Below, one piece after another: positions 47,490 through 61,920 of a stretch of 64,000 bases of DNA. The DNA is from Pseudogymnoascus verrucosus (Eukaryota). Every line of letters starts with the position of its first letter. Positions within the stretch are counted from its first letter, which is position 1. Location of the stretch: assembly GCA_001662655.1 (NCBI GenBank), contig KV460214.1, one strand, 5' to 3'. The translations under genes and the position numbers were made by a program. Under the pieces are notes generated by a model that was given only the letters and a program-made list of their open reading frames with translations, ran no database searches and was not told the DNA's origin.

Positions 47490-48392
47490 TTATCTCGGTC
47501 TGGTATCCGGGCTTCGCTCTCTCCTCTTCCTTTCCCTGCTGTGTCCCCTGTCCCGACTGCGATCCCTCTGTCGATTATCCGGACTCCTCTCACGTCGTCT
47601 CCGTTCTCTGCTGTGACCCCTCTCCCTGCTGCTTCTCCTTTCCCGACTCGATTTCCGAACTCTCTGGGACTCTCTATCTCCATCGCCCCGCCTGTCTGGA
47701 CTCCTGCTCCTGTCCCCCGTATCCCGATGCCGATACCTGTCACTCCGCTCGTGCCGATAGCCCCTCGAACTTGAACGTGGCCTATCCCTCCGACTGTGGT
47801 GATGGCGATGCCTGTGCCTAGCCCTTCTGTCCTCATCATCGTCACCCCTTCGCCTGTGGCCCCTATCATCGTCACGCCTAGATTTCCGTTCATCCGCCAC
47901 AGCCAAGCCGCCTGGTCCGGCACCTTCCAAACCATCATCCAACACGAGTTTCTGATCATTATCACCGACCGCACCAACAAATCCCCCAAATCTCCCCTGT
48001 CCCTCCGTCTCCTGGTCCCCAGGCTCAACATCCTGCACCGCCTTCCTTATTTCCCGTTGCCCCACAGGCGTAGCATTCGCATCGCTAACCCTCTCCTTCA
48101 CCGGCAATCCCAGAGCGCGAGCAAGGGCATCCTCCTCAGCCTCCTTAATCGCCTTGATCTCCTCCTTCCTCAGCCTCTGTTTCTTCTCCTCCTCCGTCTC
48201 TCCTTCGCCCGCCGGCGTGTCGTCCGCCTTGGCGTACCAGTTCAAATCGCGGTTCTTCTGCCACCGACCGACGGGGGCCATGAGCGAGTGGCCGAGGTAG
48301 TTTTCGCGGCGGGTCGAGGACTCGACGTCGGACCATTTGAAGTCGACTCCACCACGGGAGCCTTCTTTGCGGATGGACGAGACGAGATCCAT
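47490..48392 (-). CDS. MMtag-domain (C1orf35/MMTAG2-like) protein with an RS/RD-rich tail
   Basis: [41 protein letters not shown]. Confidence 0.88.
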   Translation of the reverse strand: MDLVSSIRKEGSRGGVDFKWSDVESSTRRENYLGHSLMAPVGRWQKNRDLNWYAKADDTPAGEGETEEEKKQRLRKEEIKAIKEAEEDALARALGLPVKERVSDANATPVGQREIRKAVQDVEPGDQETEGQGRFGGFVGAVGDNDQKLVLDDGLEGAGPGGLAVADERKSRRDDDRGHRRRGDDDEDRRARHRHRHHHSRRDRPRSSSRGYRHERSDRYRHRDTGDRSRSPDRRGDGDRESQRVRKSSRERRSSRERGHSRERRRRERSPDNRQRDRSRDRGHSRERKRRERSPDTRPR

Positions 48393-48866
48393 GGTCGGAC
48401 TGGGTCCGGAGGGTGTATGGGTTTGTTAGGTGTTGCTCAGTAGTAAGATGAGACTCAATTACACGCCGAGAATGGCTTTCTTCTGCTGATTTAGGGCTTC
48501 GATTCGTTCAGTATGGGGTTGATAGATTTATGACGACAGTACTCGGAGCGCGGTCGAACTATTTACCGGTCGAGTACACAAGTGGGTTGCTGCGGCTGGC
48601 GCTTAATGTTTATTTTTGGGGGTCTCCACTGGGCTGGGGTCCTCCGCCCATGTCCCCCACGAAGAATTTCAAAGTCTATTTTCATTATACAGAAGGGGTG
48701 AAGCTATATCGCACATTGTAACAGCCTATTATTGCTTGTATAGATTTACCTGCCTCCCTTGCCATATTCTCTGGCCGCTATAAAGCTAAGTACAACTCAG
48801 TGCTCATTAAAACACACAAAATCAAGTAACACCTTTCCGCCCATGCTATGCCCCTACTCGTGTCAT

Positions 48867-51562
48867 CTATGTTGAACCTTCCACCGTGTCCTTCCCCTTC
48901 AGACCTTCTCCCTTCTTTCTCACGATCTTCCTCGGTAGTACCTCTACCTTCCTGGACAACAGGAACCTCAGTTCGGGACTAACGATTTTTCGCTGCTGAA
49001 TAGCGCTTGATTCCGGGCCCGTAGTTTTATCCTTGCCCTTGGGACTCGTGGCGTTAGCTTCCACTGCTGTGCTGGTGTCGGTACCGCTCGTTGTCCCAAC
49101 CGGAACATTGGATGGAGACGAGCTCGATCGTGGATTAAGGGCTGGTCTCTGGCGTAATCGAGGAGTCGGGAAGTTTGACTTCTTGTCTATGGACTCAAGA
49201 GTGCGCTCGAAGCGGCGGAAGAGTGCTTCGGCACGGATGAGAATAGCCTCCAGGTCGAGGGTGTTGGAGAGTTCGTTGACTGAGGGAGAGTTAGTAACTG
49301 ATCTTTCATATTTTGGCGAGGGAAATATCATACCATATTTCAATACCTCATCGAATTGCTTGAGGTGATCCATAATAACGCTCCGGTGCTTGTCAAGAAT
49401 AGCTAGGGCAACAAAGAGATGGAAATTGCTCGAGAGATAATCCGTCCACAACACTTCCCATAGATGAAGGATATCAAGCCAAGGAAACTCGCGCTTATAC
49501 CAGACAAGGAGCATGCGGAAGAAGAAGAAAAAGTTGGTGCTGTCGGCGGATTGAAGGTGAAGATAGAGTTTCGGATCCATGAGCTGAACAAGGTGGTCGA
49601 GAGCAAGGAGCTGTGCACGCATGCCTGACTGGTCGCGAAGGAAATTTCGCTCCATCCGGTCCATGAACTTCGTGAATGCCCAAAACGCAACAGCATCGTC
49701 CTGCATAACAGCGTAGATGGGAGCGAGCAGATCGGACATTCCTTGGACGTATCCAAGGTCCTGATTATACTCATTGTAAGTGAGCAACATGTCCTTCAAC
49801 TGTTCAAGATGGACATTCGTGCCAGCTTCAGAAAATGGAGAATTTGGGTCTGGATGGGGAGTGTCTTCGCCAGCGAAGATTGGCACATTTCGGTCAGTGC
49901 GATGAACATCCTTCTCGATGCGGTTGCGTTGCTCCCGCCACCATTCCCCAACTTCACCAGATCCACCAAGATTTTCAAGCTTCTCCCACCAAGCACCCTT
50001 GAGCCTGACATATTCGTCACGTAAGCTTGCTATTTCTGCCTTTCGGTCATCCGCAGAGCTGTCCCAGCGATGGACACCCAAGAGAAACAACCATGCTTCT
50101 TTTCGGACTCCGTCTTCTGCGTCGAGGCCGCCGTGGAAGATACGCTCTTTAACCTCATCGACAGTAACACTTAGTTTTCCAGTTGCTTTATCGAAAAATC
50201 CTTTCCATTCTTCCAGTGTGACAGGCTTCCTCTTCTGCTTCATGCTCAAGCCTGTCATCTCCGTATCGAGCAGTTCAAATTCTCCAACACCTGTCTCCTC
50301 CATTTCAAGAACATCTCTAGCTGTCCATATCCGCTGGTCCCTGTCTCTTTCACTTTGTTCTTGTATTCCCATTGCCCACCGAGCAAGATATACCCTGGCG
50401 CCATCAAATTCCTCTTGAATCGTCTGAACTTCGGGGTTCCGTAAGAGCCTCCTCATCTGCGGCGGGATTCTGTTATCTTCAACCACATTCTCGGCAGTTC
50501 TTCTGGCAAACGTCGTAACCTTGCTGAACTGATTCATTATGTTCCACCCTGTCTCTTTCAACAATTTGGTGACTGGATCCATGCCGCCATCATCTCGTGA
50601 CGACGAAGATCTTTCACGGCTGCCAAATCCAGTACCTCCCGCACCACCGATGCGCATACCCGAGCCCGCAGAGGTAGACGTCCTCCGTACTGTGTTATCT
50701 GTCACAGGATTCTCACCAAACGCCTCTTTGTCCTCCTTACTAGGCTCGATAAGGTAAATATTAGGTTCAGCACCGCTTCGTTCAACCTTCACATATCTCT
50801 TGATCCACCGGAGGACTTCGTCGCCGCCCCAGAACATCTCACCATTCGCACCGAATGGGTCAAAGCTTTCCCGTGTCCTCCGCTTCTTCTGAAGTATAGT
50901 AGACTGGCATTCGCTATCGTGGAAGAATAGAGCGGGAAAACTGTCGCCTGCTCGGCTGTTGATTATAACACTTCCAAACCACCATCCTAGACTTGGGGGG
51001 CGGACAAGCAAAGAATAAATCTCGCTGACGGGAATGGCAAACGCATACGGCCCGACCGTAGGCCCGTGTGAAGTAGTAGTTGGCGGAGGAGGGACTAGGT
51101 ATGACTGCTTCGGCGGAGAGTCACCCTCTGAGAGGTCAACCTTGACGTATATGTCTCGCGAATCGCCGAGGGAGCTTTCGGGAAGCCATGCGAGCAAGAG
51201 GGACGGAGCAACGGTGCTCTTTTTGGAGGCCGAAGAGGATGACGACGTCGGACGCTCTAGCTGGGGCGTCTTCTGTTGTAGTAGAGCGATGTACCCAGGG
51301 ATATTATCTTTTGCTGATGGGGTCGGGTGAATGTAAACCTGTTGCGGGTGTCAGTATGGTCTGAGGGCCAAACGGGCGGAGATGTACGGATTGGACGAGA
51401 ACTGGAATATAGGGCACGAACCTTGCTTTTTGAGTAAAGAAGCTTTACACCCCGTCCAGAGCTTGTATGTGTTATCGTATTATAGTCCCCTTCCTCATCG
51501 TCGCTGAGGGCGTAGAACGAGGCTGACGGGGATGGCGGGGAGGCTTCGCTGCGCGACGTCAT
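48867..51562 (-). CDS. GYP7: Rab GTPase-activating protein (TBC domain), 2 introns
   Basis: VKLLYSKSK/VYIHPTPSAKDNIPG; IEKDVHRTDR (Arg finger); GYVQGMSDL (Gln finger); FFFFRMLLVWYKREF. Confidence 0.94.
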
Positions 51563-52170
51563 TGCGCCTTGGCTTAAAAGCTATAGAGCTCTGCTGTATT
51601 CAGATGAGGTTGGCGGCTTCGAATGTTTTAATGAGGTTATACACTTTCAGTCTGCTCATGTTCATATGACAGCTTCTTTGGACCCTGTTTGAGTTTATAT
51701 TCGGAGGGTGCTGCGTGATGTTGGTTCAAGCACGAGGATAAACCATGGCAGGGGTGGGTTGGTGGCGGGGCAGTCGTCAGCTGCCGGCCCCCACAATGAC
51801 AGGTCTTGCAGCAAGAGACGTTGGGGCTTGCGCGTCTAATGCCCGGGACGTAATGTCCACGTCCCTATTTTCTTTCGTATAAATCCTGAAAGGGTTACCT
51901 ACGAATGAATCAAGATTGTTGGATATATTAATTATTTAACCTTGGTCACGGAGAACGTGATCCTGGTGAAATCATTGGTGTTGCAGCTGTCTTTAGACAC
52001 CCAAGTTCACACGAACAGATAATCATAGCCTCTATCAAATAGTTAAAATGCATATCAATTCATTCACCACAAACTATCTGGTCTAATATTGATAGGGTAT
52101 CATCCCGCCAAGAACGCCTTCACACCAGCCCAATGGTTGCAACAAAAAGAAAGAACTGTGATGGCCGGAA

Positions 52171-53276
52171 TTAAACCGGTGTAACACCACCGGCAGAAAG
52201 CACCTTGCTCTTCTTTCGTTTCGGCTTTGGTATTCCCGGAGTCCTCGGGGCCTTATCAGCCGCCTTACTGCCCTTTCTTGTTGGTGGAATGTCGGATGGT
52301 TTCTCGTCCACAAGTGAAACTCCAATTTTAGATGCATCTTGAAGGCCAGCCTTCTGTGCTGCGGCTCCTAAAGCGTCTTTGGTTTTGCGGCCAGTACTCG
52401 TGAGATTAAATGCGCCTGGGTGACCAGTAATAGGATTTTCGTCCATGTATTCGTCGCCATAGCGCATGGAAAGCTGAAAAGACTCGTCGAGCAGGCGCGC
52501 ATCCATGTATGTGCTAGTTGTGCCAGAAACCTGCTTTCTGGAACCCCCTGCAGAATCAGACAGCGGAGAGCTTTGCCGGCTTGTTTGGGTAGCTAGCTGC
52601 GAATCGGTTGCCTTCGGGCGTGCTGCTACCGGCGGCAGATACGTATGCCCTGACAAAGGCGTGAAATTGGGGAGGGCGTTTGCGGCTGAAACGAACTTAT
52701 CGAGAGAGGTAAAAATGGACAGCTATTCAAGTTAGACTGGTAGTGGAATAGAGTGTGGGGAATCTGGAGAGCCTTACCATACGGCTGCCGACCACATCGA
52801 GGAAGGCTGGGGCCATGTAGATATTTTCGCCCATCACGAAATACGTGGAGTGGATCGTGATGTCATCTTCCTGGCCTTGCCTCTTCCTCCTTGTCTGCTT
52901 CCTGATAACCCAGACTCCAGTGCCAGTCCCAGGCGCCGTCTCCGCGGGTTCTTGCGCCACAACGTATTCCAATCCAGACATCGTCTTCAGGCGGCCCTCG
53001 AACGCTTCGCGAGTCGCGACAATGTTCACCATGTTTTGGTTGTACATTGCTTGGTTTTCGAGGACCGCATTATTTGAAGTCGGATCGAAAAATGGCGATT
53101 TCGCAAAATATGGAAGCACTGAGGTATACTGTCAGAATGCGATAGTTCGGTCGAGGAGGACACAGGGCTTGCTGTAAATTACCTGAATTTGAGTGAATGC
53201 CCATCATTTGCTGCGCCCATGCTGGAGAGCGCCATTGTATTTCGTCCAAAGGCGGATCCAAAGCCCGTGTCGCCAT
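52171..53276 (-). CDS. MED6: Mediator subunit 6, 2 introns
   Basis: DPPLDEIQWRSP, VLPYFAKSPFFDPTSNN, GLEYVVA, WVIRKQTR, ENIYMAP. Confidence 0.93.
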
Positions 53277-53789
53277 AACGTATTCTTGAAATGCACCCAC
53301 GCTGTTCACGCTGTGCTGTGTGATGGTTGGCGCAATTCAGAGATAGACAGACAGACAGCCTTGGTGGATCTTTGGTACATGCAACATGCACGCGATCGAC
53401 GGGGCCTCGGGAAATCTAATTAAGGTTTCGGTGTCGGAATAATAATGACCCCACTAACCGTTCCAGTCAGCCCACGGGTTTTAGTTGAGCCACTCGGGTC
53501 ACAGACGATTTATGTGCCCTGAAATTCAGCCTGGCCAAATAGATTGGGCAGATTCACTGGGCTGACACCACTGGCTTCCAAAGGCAACAGCCTTACGACC
53601 CTCGAACGATCTCTCTTTATCAGTCATTCTGCTGGTCAGTCAGAGCTAAAGAAGCCTCGCCACTTCCAAAGCCTTGCTGGCCTCTCTTTCTTTGTAACAC
53701 ATAAATACCTCCTATTACGGCGCACAACGATGTTGTGAGTTTGACAGGCCGACGCAACCGCTACATTTTTAAGCTAGGATACATCTAAT

Positions 53790-56700
53790 ATGGATTTCAC
53801 GAAGCTCCGAGCTCAAGCGCTGAGCTTCGGAGAGGATGAGGAAGCTGTCACAGTCAATACCCGGGCTTTAATCGACAAGGTCTTGGCGAGGTATTCTGGA
53901 GAATGGACGACACTTCGAGAGTTAATTCAGAATGCCGCCGATGCACAGGCTGATACCGTGAAGATTAAATTCGAAACCACGCCTTCGACGACAGTACCAC
54001 TTCCCAGTAATGCAACACCATCCGACCTCCTCAAACATACGCTACTACATGCCACGCTTCGGCGACTACTCGTCTCAAACGATGGTCTGCCATTTGGAGA
54101 TAATGACTGGGCAAGGTTGAAGCGTATTGCCGAGGGGAACCCAAACGAAGACAAGATTGGTGCATTTGGAGTTGGATTCTATTCAGTCTTTGCAGATTGC
54201 GAGGAACCATTTGTCAGTTCTGGGAAAAAGGCCATGGCATTCTATTGGAAAAAAGACAGCCTCTTCACGAGGCAGATCCAAGTGCCAGAGGGGACACGAG
54301 ATACTAGCTTCGTACTTGATTATCGCAACAACACAACTCCGGTACCCAGTCTTATTTCTATCTGCCAATTTTTGGCTACTAGCATGACATTCGTCGCCCT
54401 GAAGAACGTCGAATTGTGGCTAGATGACTGGAAAATTGTCTCCATCCAGAAAAAGGCCTCGCCAAGTAGTGGTGTGGCGATTCCCAAAGATATTGAAACC
54501 ACCACGAAAGAACGGCTTATGAAGGTAGAAAGTCTGAGCAGAGAAAGCGTCCAGATGACTGCTACATTCATGCATGTGGTTGGATGGCGCCCATCAGCTT
54601 CAAGCTCTGTTCCCAAGTCGAGTGCCTTCGGCGAAACGACATATGGACGCCATGCATCAGAGACCCCATCCATTCGCTCATTCTTTTCTCGCCTTACTTC
54701 TTCAAGTAGCCAGCAAGCCATAAAATCGAAGGTGGCACAGGAAGCGCAAGCATTCCAAGAAATAATACTTGAAGATCTTACGAAAGAGACGACGGCAAAT
54801 GTATTCCTCTCAGTGACAACGGCTTCCATCCGCACCTCCGTGACATCAACATTTGCCACAGAACTCGAGCGTGCCACGAAGAAACCGCCTCCAAAATCCA
54901 CCAGGCTTGCGCTTTTGTCATCTTCATATGACGAGGCTACGGCCTCCAAGGAGGGCAATAATGGTAGCAAAGTAGCCAACGGCGTCGACATTTTTGCTTC
55001 AGTCTTGCCTGGGAAGAAAAACGGGGGAAGAATATTTATTGGGTTCCCCACGAACCAGACTACTGGTGCAGGCGTACATCTCTCTGCTCCATCGTTAATT
55101 CCGACCGTCGAACGCGAAGCCGTCGACTTGAACGCACGGTGGGTTCGCACTTGGAATATGGAAATGTTACGAGTTGCTGGCATAATTAGCCGTGTTGCAT
55201 ATGGAAATGAGATGTCCGATTTGGGAAACAGGCTCCAGCGTTGGACCCAATCGCAAGGGCGCCCTGGGAAGATAGTTAAAGAGGACGTGGAGAAGTTTAT
55301 GCCCGCAGCTTTACATATCCTGACATCGTTTACATTCGAGGAGTCTACCCCCAGCGCGCAAATCTCACAAATTATCGAGGAATCGTTCTGGACATCATTT
55401 CAAAAGGCTTCGGTGGATATTTACAGCACAAGGGGCGTTCTACCAACTACCACTGTTAGGTTGGCAATTGAAGACCTTAGCGGGTTTGTGGAAGGTATTC
55501 CTACCCTCCCGAAACAACTCGTTGAAACCAAGATGGTAAAGAAGCTCCGAGATTATGGGCTCATCTCCGATATTACTATTTCCGACGTTAAAAAGGAGCT
55601 TGGATCAAAAGCACTGACTACGCCGCAACTCATCGCATTTATTGGCTGGATTGCTCGGAAAGCACTGGCATCAAACATTGATGTATCGGCTATGAGAAGC
55701 CTTCTTGAAACTACTGTTGCGACTGTTGGGCAAAGTGAGAGCCAGGGAGGGATTATTTCTCTTTCGAGTATCAAATACTTCATACAGCCGTCAAAAGTCC
55801 CACCAGAGTTTCCCATTCCGCAAAATACTCTCCCATACAACATTACACAAACCACTACAAATGCCGAGCTTCAAGCCTTAGGCTGGGCGCCTCTAGAAGC
55901 TTCAACATGGATTGGGTTTCTTACCGAGTCTACTAAAGGGCGTAACGGGTTGTCGAGCGAACAAGATATCACTTGGTCACCAAAATTCTCCTCTCAAGTA
56001 TTGGCTGTTTTGTCAAAGCAATGGGATGGGTTGCCTGTGGAATCAAAAGCGATCATAATTAAGCTTTTGGCTCCATTGACAGTAATACCAACCAAACTTG
56101 GCATGAGTAAGCCGAGTGATTCTTACTTCGCAAGCGTCAAGTTATTTGATGATTTACCAACTATTGCTGGTTGCCCTGGTGTCAAAGAAAAATTTCTTAG
56201 CGCTCTTGGTGTAAGGAAAACGGTTGACTTGGACACAATCTTTCAGCGACTTTTGAGTCCTGTTGAATCTGGTGCCCAAGGAGGACCGAGCATTGCAACT
56301 CCAAGGTGGAACCATGTCGACTTGATAGTGTATCTAGCAGGAGTGAAAGATGATATCCCCATTGGAGACATGAAGAAATTGCGGGAAACGCCAATATGTG
56401 CCGCTGAAGCAGGACCGATAGGTCAAGAAGCCAGCATACCATCTGCGAAGCGCTACAAGATATCGGAACTATTCGAACCCAAGGCTGATCTAAGACACCT
56501 GCAGGTACCCATTATCCAATGGACTGGCAAGTTTGGGTACCGTCCAGGCAGTCCAGAGGCAAACTTCTTGGTCTCCCTTGGGCTGAGGTCTAATCCCACA
56601 GTACACGAATTGGTTGTAATGATGGCTTCGACGGACCCGACTTTGAGAACCAAATCAATGGCGTACTTCATCGCAAATTATGAGACCAACCAATATAGTG

Positions 56701-59165
56701 CGTATAGTTTGGCGAAGGCTTCTAGACCCTTCCTTCCTGTCGAAGGGAAAGAAAAGGGTTTGGCGGTTCCTTCGGCATTATTCACCAACGCAAATGCGTC
56801 TATGTTCGGATTCAATGTCCTGCGAAAGGATTTAATACCTCATGCTTCGGTATGTTTCCCCCCACTATCTAACCGGTGTTGGCTAATGTGCTTCCACAGA
56901 AATTTGGAGTTGCTGAGAACCCTCCCATGGAGGAAGTAGTGCAACGGCTTATTGCAAATCCACCGAAGACCCAGACCGAGGCGCGGGTTCTTTTTGTGTA
57001 CCTTTCAACCAGAATTGGAGAAGCAGATTTCACCCGCCATTCTGCCAAGCTCGGAGACGCCCAGATTGTTCCAGCTGTACCAAAGTCCATAGGGAGCAGC
57101 CCATTTCCAGAGAAACGCGCTGCAGGGCCCAAGCATCTTGCACCCCGAATGTGCTTCATTGGGCAATCAGAAACATATGGCGACATTTTCGACTTCGTTG
57201 ACTTTGGCAGCGAGGCAAACAGGTTCCTCCTTGCTTGCGGCTCAAGCAACGAGCCTTCCAGAAGACACATTGCAACAATGCTTGCTTCAGAGCCGGCTCG
57301 TGTACTTGGCATTGTTCAGAGTCCAGAAAAATATCTGTCTCTATTGAGGTTGCTTGCCATGTCGCGAGTGGATTTGAAGAGGGACAAGTTGTTATGGTCT
57401 CAAATGAGAATATCACCATTCCTCCTAGCGACAAAGGAGATATCTGCCAATAACGAACCCAAAAATAGAAGCTCAAAGAATCCCGTGGATCTGTTTGACG
57501 ACGACGATGATACCAGTGCTGGCATCAAGCAGTGGGTTTTGCAGCCTGCGGCCAGGATTGTGATAGTTGACGATTACACAACATACCAGTTGTTTAAAGG
57601 AGACCTCCTTGCGGCGCCATTGGAAGACGTCCTTGAAGAATTCTACCTTGATCTTGGTTCGGTGGCCGTAGGCCAACTCGTCGAACAAAAGATTTCTGTT
57701 GGTGACCCCCTCATCGACCAGAGTGCGAGCATGCAGATCCAGAAGAAAATTCTTGAGAGATCGAAAGTATTTTTGCATTCTTATCCATCAGACCAGCTGA
57801 AGCAGCCAAAGGGATGGCTCGAGAAGAATCTCGTGGTGGACTATGTTACCCATATATCTATCAAGATATCATTACGGGGATATAAGATGTCCTACAATTC
57901 AAAGCAGACCGCAGTTTTGAAAAATGATTCGCGCTCCAAGAAAATAGCCTTACATATTACATACGGAGTGGATTATTACGATATCAGCCAGGCTCTAGTC
58001 AGGAATTTGTTAAAACGACCAAATAACGAGGCCGCAACACTCTTTGAATCACTCCTTACGTCAGACCTACAAGGATTGAAGCGAAGGGGGTTCAATGTCG
58101 ACCGTATTCTCAGAGCTCAAGCAGCCCAAGCTCGCATCGCCGAAGATGAGAGACAGAAGCAACTCCGACTTGAAGAGCAACAAATTAAGGAGAAGGGTGG
58201 GACAGTGAAGCCTAACCAGATCGAAGAAGATTACTCTGGATATCGTGACTCGGATGAAGTTGATATGCCTGGAGCGTTTGGCAACAACTCACCCTCCCCC
58301 GCTTCCCAGAAGAAGAGCCGAAACTTATTCTCGAGCTTCACACGCAAACTTGGCTTTGGTGATGGAGAAGCTCAACAACAGCTCCAGAGCTTTCTAGGTG
58401 GTCATGGGGGCCACTCTCGGTCGAACTCTGATTCGAAGTCTAATCGCGGGCATTCGTCTTCTGGCGACCCGGTCCCCACCCCGCGCAAGCCTGGCGAGAT
58501 CGAAAAAGTGAGTTCGCCTGCTGCTGTTCAGCAGAACCTTGTCAACGCAGTCCAATCCTCTCGAGCACACAACTCGTCCTCTGTATTCTCGCCACCCAGC
58601 GTCAACCAGGTCAAGGAACAATCGACATATTGTGACAGCACATCCGAGAAGAATATTGCCCACATTGGAGACGCGTCAAACGGGATGCGTATCTATGTCT
58701 CCAGAGACATGTCCGTCATGAACGAGGTCTTCCTCGCACAGAACGTTGAGCAAATACAAGCATTTTCAAAGATGCTGCATGACGTCGGTGGCATCTACAA
58801 TATTCCGAGGAATGCTCTCAATATCTTTTACGACGAAGTAGGCAACACTATCGCGTTTAACCTTAACGGAAGCTTGTTTTGCAACCTGAGGTTCTTCTTG
58901 CAGCTACATTGGAACGAATATAAGAACCCTGCCGGGATTTCGGGGGCAGAAAGTTGGTGGTGGGTTGTCCTCGCACACGAGTTGGCCCATAATCTTGTGA
59001 AAGAGCACAGCTCTAATCACAGCTACTATACGTAAGTCTTTCCCCTCCATGGTCTGATATATTAGAGTGCAACGATGAGCTAACTGTCCCCGCAGCGAGA
59101 TGTTCATTGCTCAATATTTTGAAAAGATGGCCGAAAGGAGACATTCACGCATGTTACAGAATTAG
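53790..59165 (+). CDS. Large sacsin-like GHKL ATPase protein with a C-terminal HExxH metallopeptidase-like motif (DUF3684-type), 2 introns
   Basis: RELIQNAADA, NDG, KIGAFGVGFYSVF (Bergerat-fold boxes); C-terminal TIAFNLNGSLFCNLRFF..VLAHELAHNLVKEHSSNHSYY/EMF. Confidence 0.85.
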
Positions 59166-59608
59166 GAATAGAATCGGCGCCGATGGCGAGCCGGACTATG
59201 ACGACACTATATTATTTAGACTTGTGGGGGTTTGGACTTCATTCTTTTCATGGAGGCAGCATTAACGGCGAATGGAGTTAAGACGGAACTTGTATGATCA
59301 TAGTTTTGGATTTATGCTGTAGAGTGGCATCGGCATAGTAGAACCTTGGATTAGTTTATTCATCTTGGCTATAGAACCATATAATATATTAACTGAACAA
59401 GTCTTGATTTAGTAGCCATCACTCTGGTGCTTCACAAACGTGACTGAACTGACTGTGCAGCAAACTGCCCCTGAACGGTATGATATAGTAGCATGTGCCA
59501 TTTACGTTTGTGTTCCTTTCTAGCTATAGCGTGTCGTCCGAGCATTTTATAATCCCTGTAGTTTATCCTCTTCTATACTGCCCTTTTATTTTTCATACGC
59601 CGATGTGC

Positions 59609-60865
59609 TCACTCGTCAGCGCTATCATCACTGTCATCAACTGCCTCTCCCCTCCCCAACTTCTCCCACCTCTCCATAATAACTCTCCACGCCTCCCCTC
59701 CCTCTTCACCAGCGTCTACGACCTCCTTCGGAAGCTTATGCGCACTGTATGGCGCAGTTCCGAAGTTATAAGCTTCTGGATCATCCTTCTTCACTACCCT
59801 AAACTCTGCCTTGAAAGGCAACTCCTCAACGCCTTCGTCTTCCGTGTCAGTCGCTTCTTCTTCGGCACTCCTTTCCGGCAGAGCCGGGCTCTCTGAAGTA
59901 TCTCCTTGTCCCAGAAGTGGCTTGGGCAATGATATGGTAAGTAATTCGAGCCACGAGAACAGCAATGGGTCCGTCCGTTGGGCCCAGGGGTTGATGTCAA
60001 TGAGTCTGACCTTATCATGAGGCTCGGGCAAATATACATCAAAAGCAAAACTCGGATCCGGGAGCGAGTCCTTCAGTTTGCTCTCGTAGAAGTCTTCAAT
60101 CTCGGTTTGTATTTTGTTGAGGAGTTCCGGGCTGTAATCGACATGCTTCAGCTCACGCTGACAAATCCCCACAATAGTGCGGTCGCGCACAAATACTCGG
60201 AACTCGAATGAGGTGTTGATTTTGAAATACGGTCGGAGTACGAGGGTGTATTCGATATCTCTTATAAACGGCGGATGCTCGGGATTCGCACAATCATCGA
60301 ACGCATGCTCCAGATCATGAGTCACGAAGATAGAGCTCTTAAGCAACAGGTATATATCCTGAGGCGTCTGACACGCAATCGAGTTCTTCGACAGCGCCAT
60401 GTGCAGAGCATCCTTGGGCGCTGACCAGTTCAACTTGGGTACGACGGAGCCGCCGAGCTCTGCGATGGTGGATTTAATCACACTGTGTACGTCTGCGAAT
60501 GCTGATGCGTCGTTTGGTTGCGCTTGGGCTTCGAACTCGGGGTCTGCGGGTTTGTCGGCGTTTGCCGCTGACCACTCGGTTTCTTCGTAGGGTTGGTCAT
60601 CGTCGTCTGGGAGCCAGAGGCCGTCTTCGCGCAGGTAGTCGAGGAAGGCGGCTGTGAGTGGGATGAGGCGACTGCGGAGGGTTGAGGTGCGGTATCTGGG
60701 TTTTGTTAGATGGGAATCGATTCAGTTACTGCGGTTAACAAACTTTGGGTACCATGAGGAATAGGAACAGTTTAATATATGCTGCTTTGTAACCGGTGGG
60801 AAGGGAAGCCTTTCTAAAGGCCCTTCGTCCTCTGGCGCGGTCATGGCGGGGTCGACGCCGGGCAT
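59609..60865 (-). CDS. CDC123: Cdc123/D123 ATP-grasp eIF2 assembly factor, 1 intron
   Basis: HILNCSYSSWYPK/YR; PKLNWSAPKDA; YLLLKSS; EFRVFV; LIDINPWAQRTDPLLFSW. Confidence 0.95.
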
Positions 60866-61189
60866 TTTGGTGGTGTTTGTGTTGTGGTAAACTTGGAGGA
60901 TCTTTTCTTACTGAGTTGGAGCAAGCAGTAAATTCTTAAATGATCAAAAAAGCGAAACAGGATTATATATGAGTATAATGGGCAATGGTCTGGGATGAAT
61001 AAGATTACTGGAATTGAGTCACCCCCCCAATAAGTTCACAAAATAATTCTGCCACCTTTAGCCTTGTCCCACTACCTCACCGCCTCACCGCCTCAGCCTC
61101 GTCCATGGTGGGCAAGCCGCCAGCATCATTACTACGAACACCTGCTCATTTAACTGGATATCACTCTCAAGCATCCAAGTACAGCTGCG

Positions 61190-61755
61190 ATGTCTTCCAA
61201 CGTTGGCCTCACGACTCCTCGAGGCAGTGGTACCTCGGGCTACGTCCAGCGCAATCTTGCGCATCTCAAACCCCGAGAACAGTTCAAGCCATACCCTACC
61301 GACGGCGACCTGAAGCACCGCCAACGCCAGCCCGACAAGGAAATCCTCGAACATGACCGGAAGCGCGATGTTGAGGTGAAAGTTTTTGAACTTCAAGACA
61401 AGTTAGAAGATGAAGGGTGCGTTGCTCGTTCCAGTCATGTCCCCAACCACGGCCATGCTAACGTTCCCGAAGTGTCGACGAGGAGGAGATTGAAAAACAG
61501 ACCGAGGCACTACGACAAAAGTTACTGGGAGAAATGAAGAAGGGAACCGATAGGCGAGATGCGAAAGGACTCAAGTCCCATCAAGTACACGAGCTGGCGG
61601 AGGCGAAGATCAGAGAGAGCGATCGGTTCAGGAACGCCTTGGGAATCAGCAAGAACTACGAAGAGGGGTCTCATTGGAGGAAACAGGAGGAAAGGATGCG
61701 GGAAAGCCTTGAGAAGAGCGGAAATGACGATAAGGAACGAAAGAGCGCTGCTTAA
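61190..61755 (+). CDS. CWC21: Pre-mRNA splicing factor Cwc21, 1 intron
   Basis: MSSNVGLTTPRGSGTSGYVQRN; EILEHDRKRDVEVKV; KSHQVHELAEAK. Confidence 0.95.
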
Positions 61756-61920
61756 CCCCTTCGTTGGTTTATGGGATTGCGGGTTACATGCATAATGCGG
61801 CGTTCATGGTCATGGGTAGATTGTGGGACTGGTGTTGGTGGTAATGGCACCGTATTTTGGGAATTATGGCATAAAACGGCTTCTAGGGAATACAAAGGCA
61901 CTGCATAAAGCAATGCGCAT

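Noticed and set aside
54320..55183. 287-aa minus-strand ORF
   Set aside because: Antisense to the GHKL gene; no independent coding evidence.
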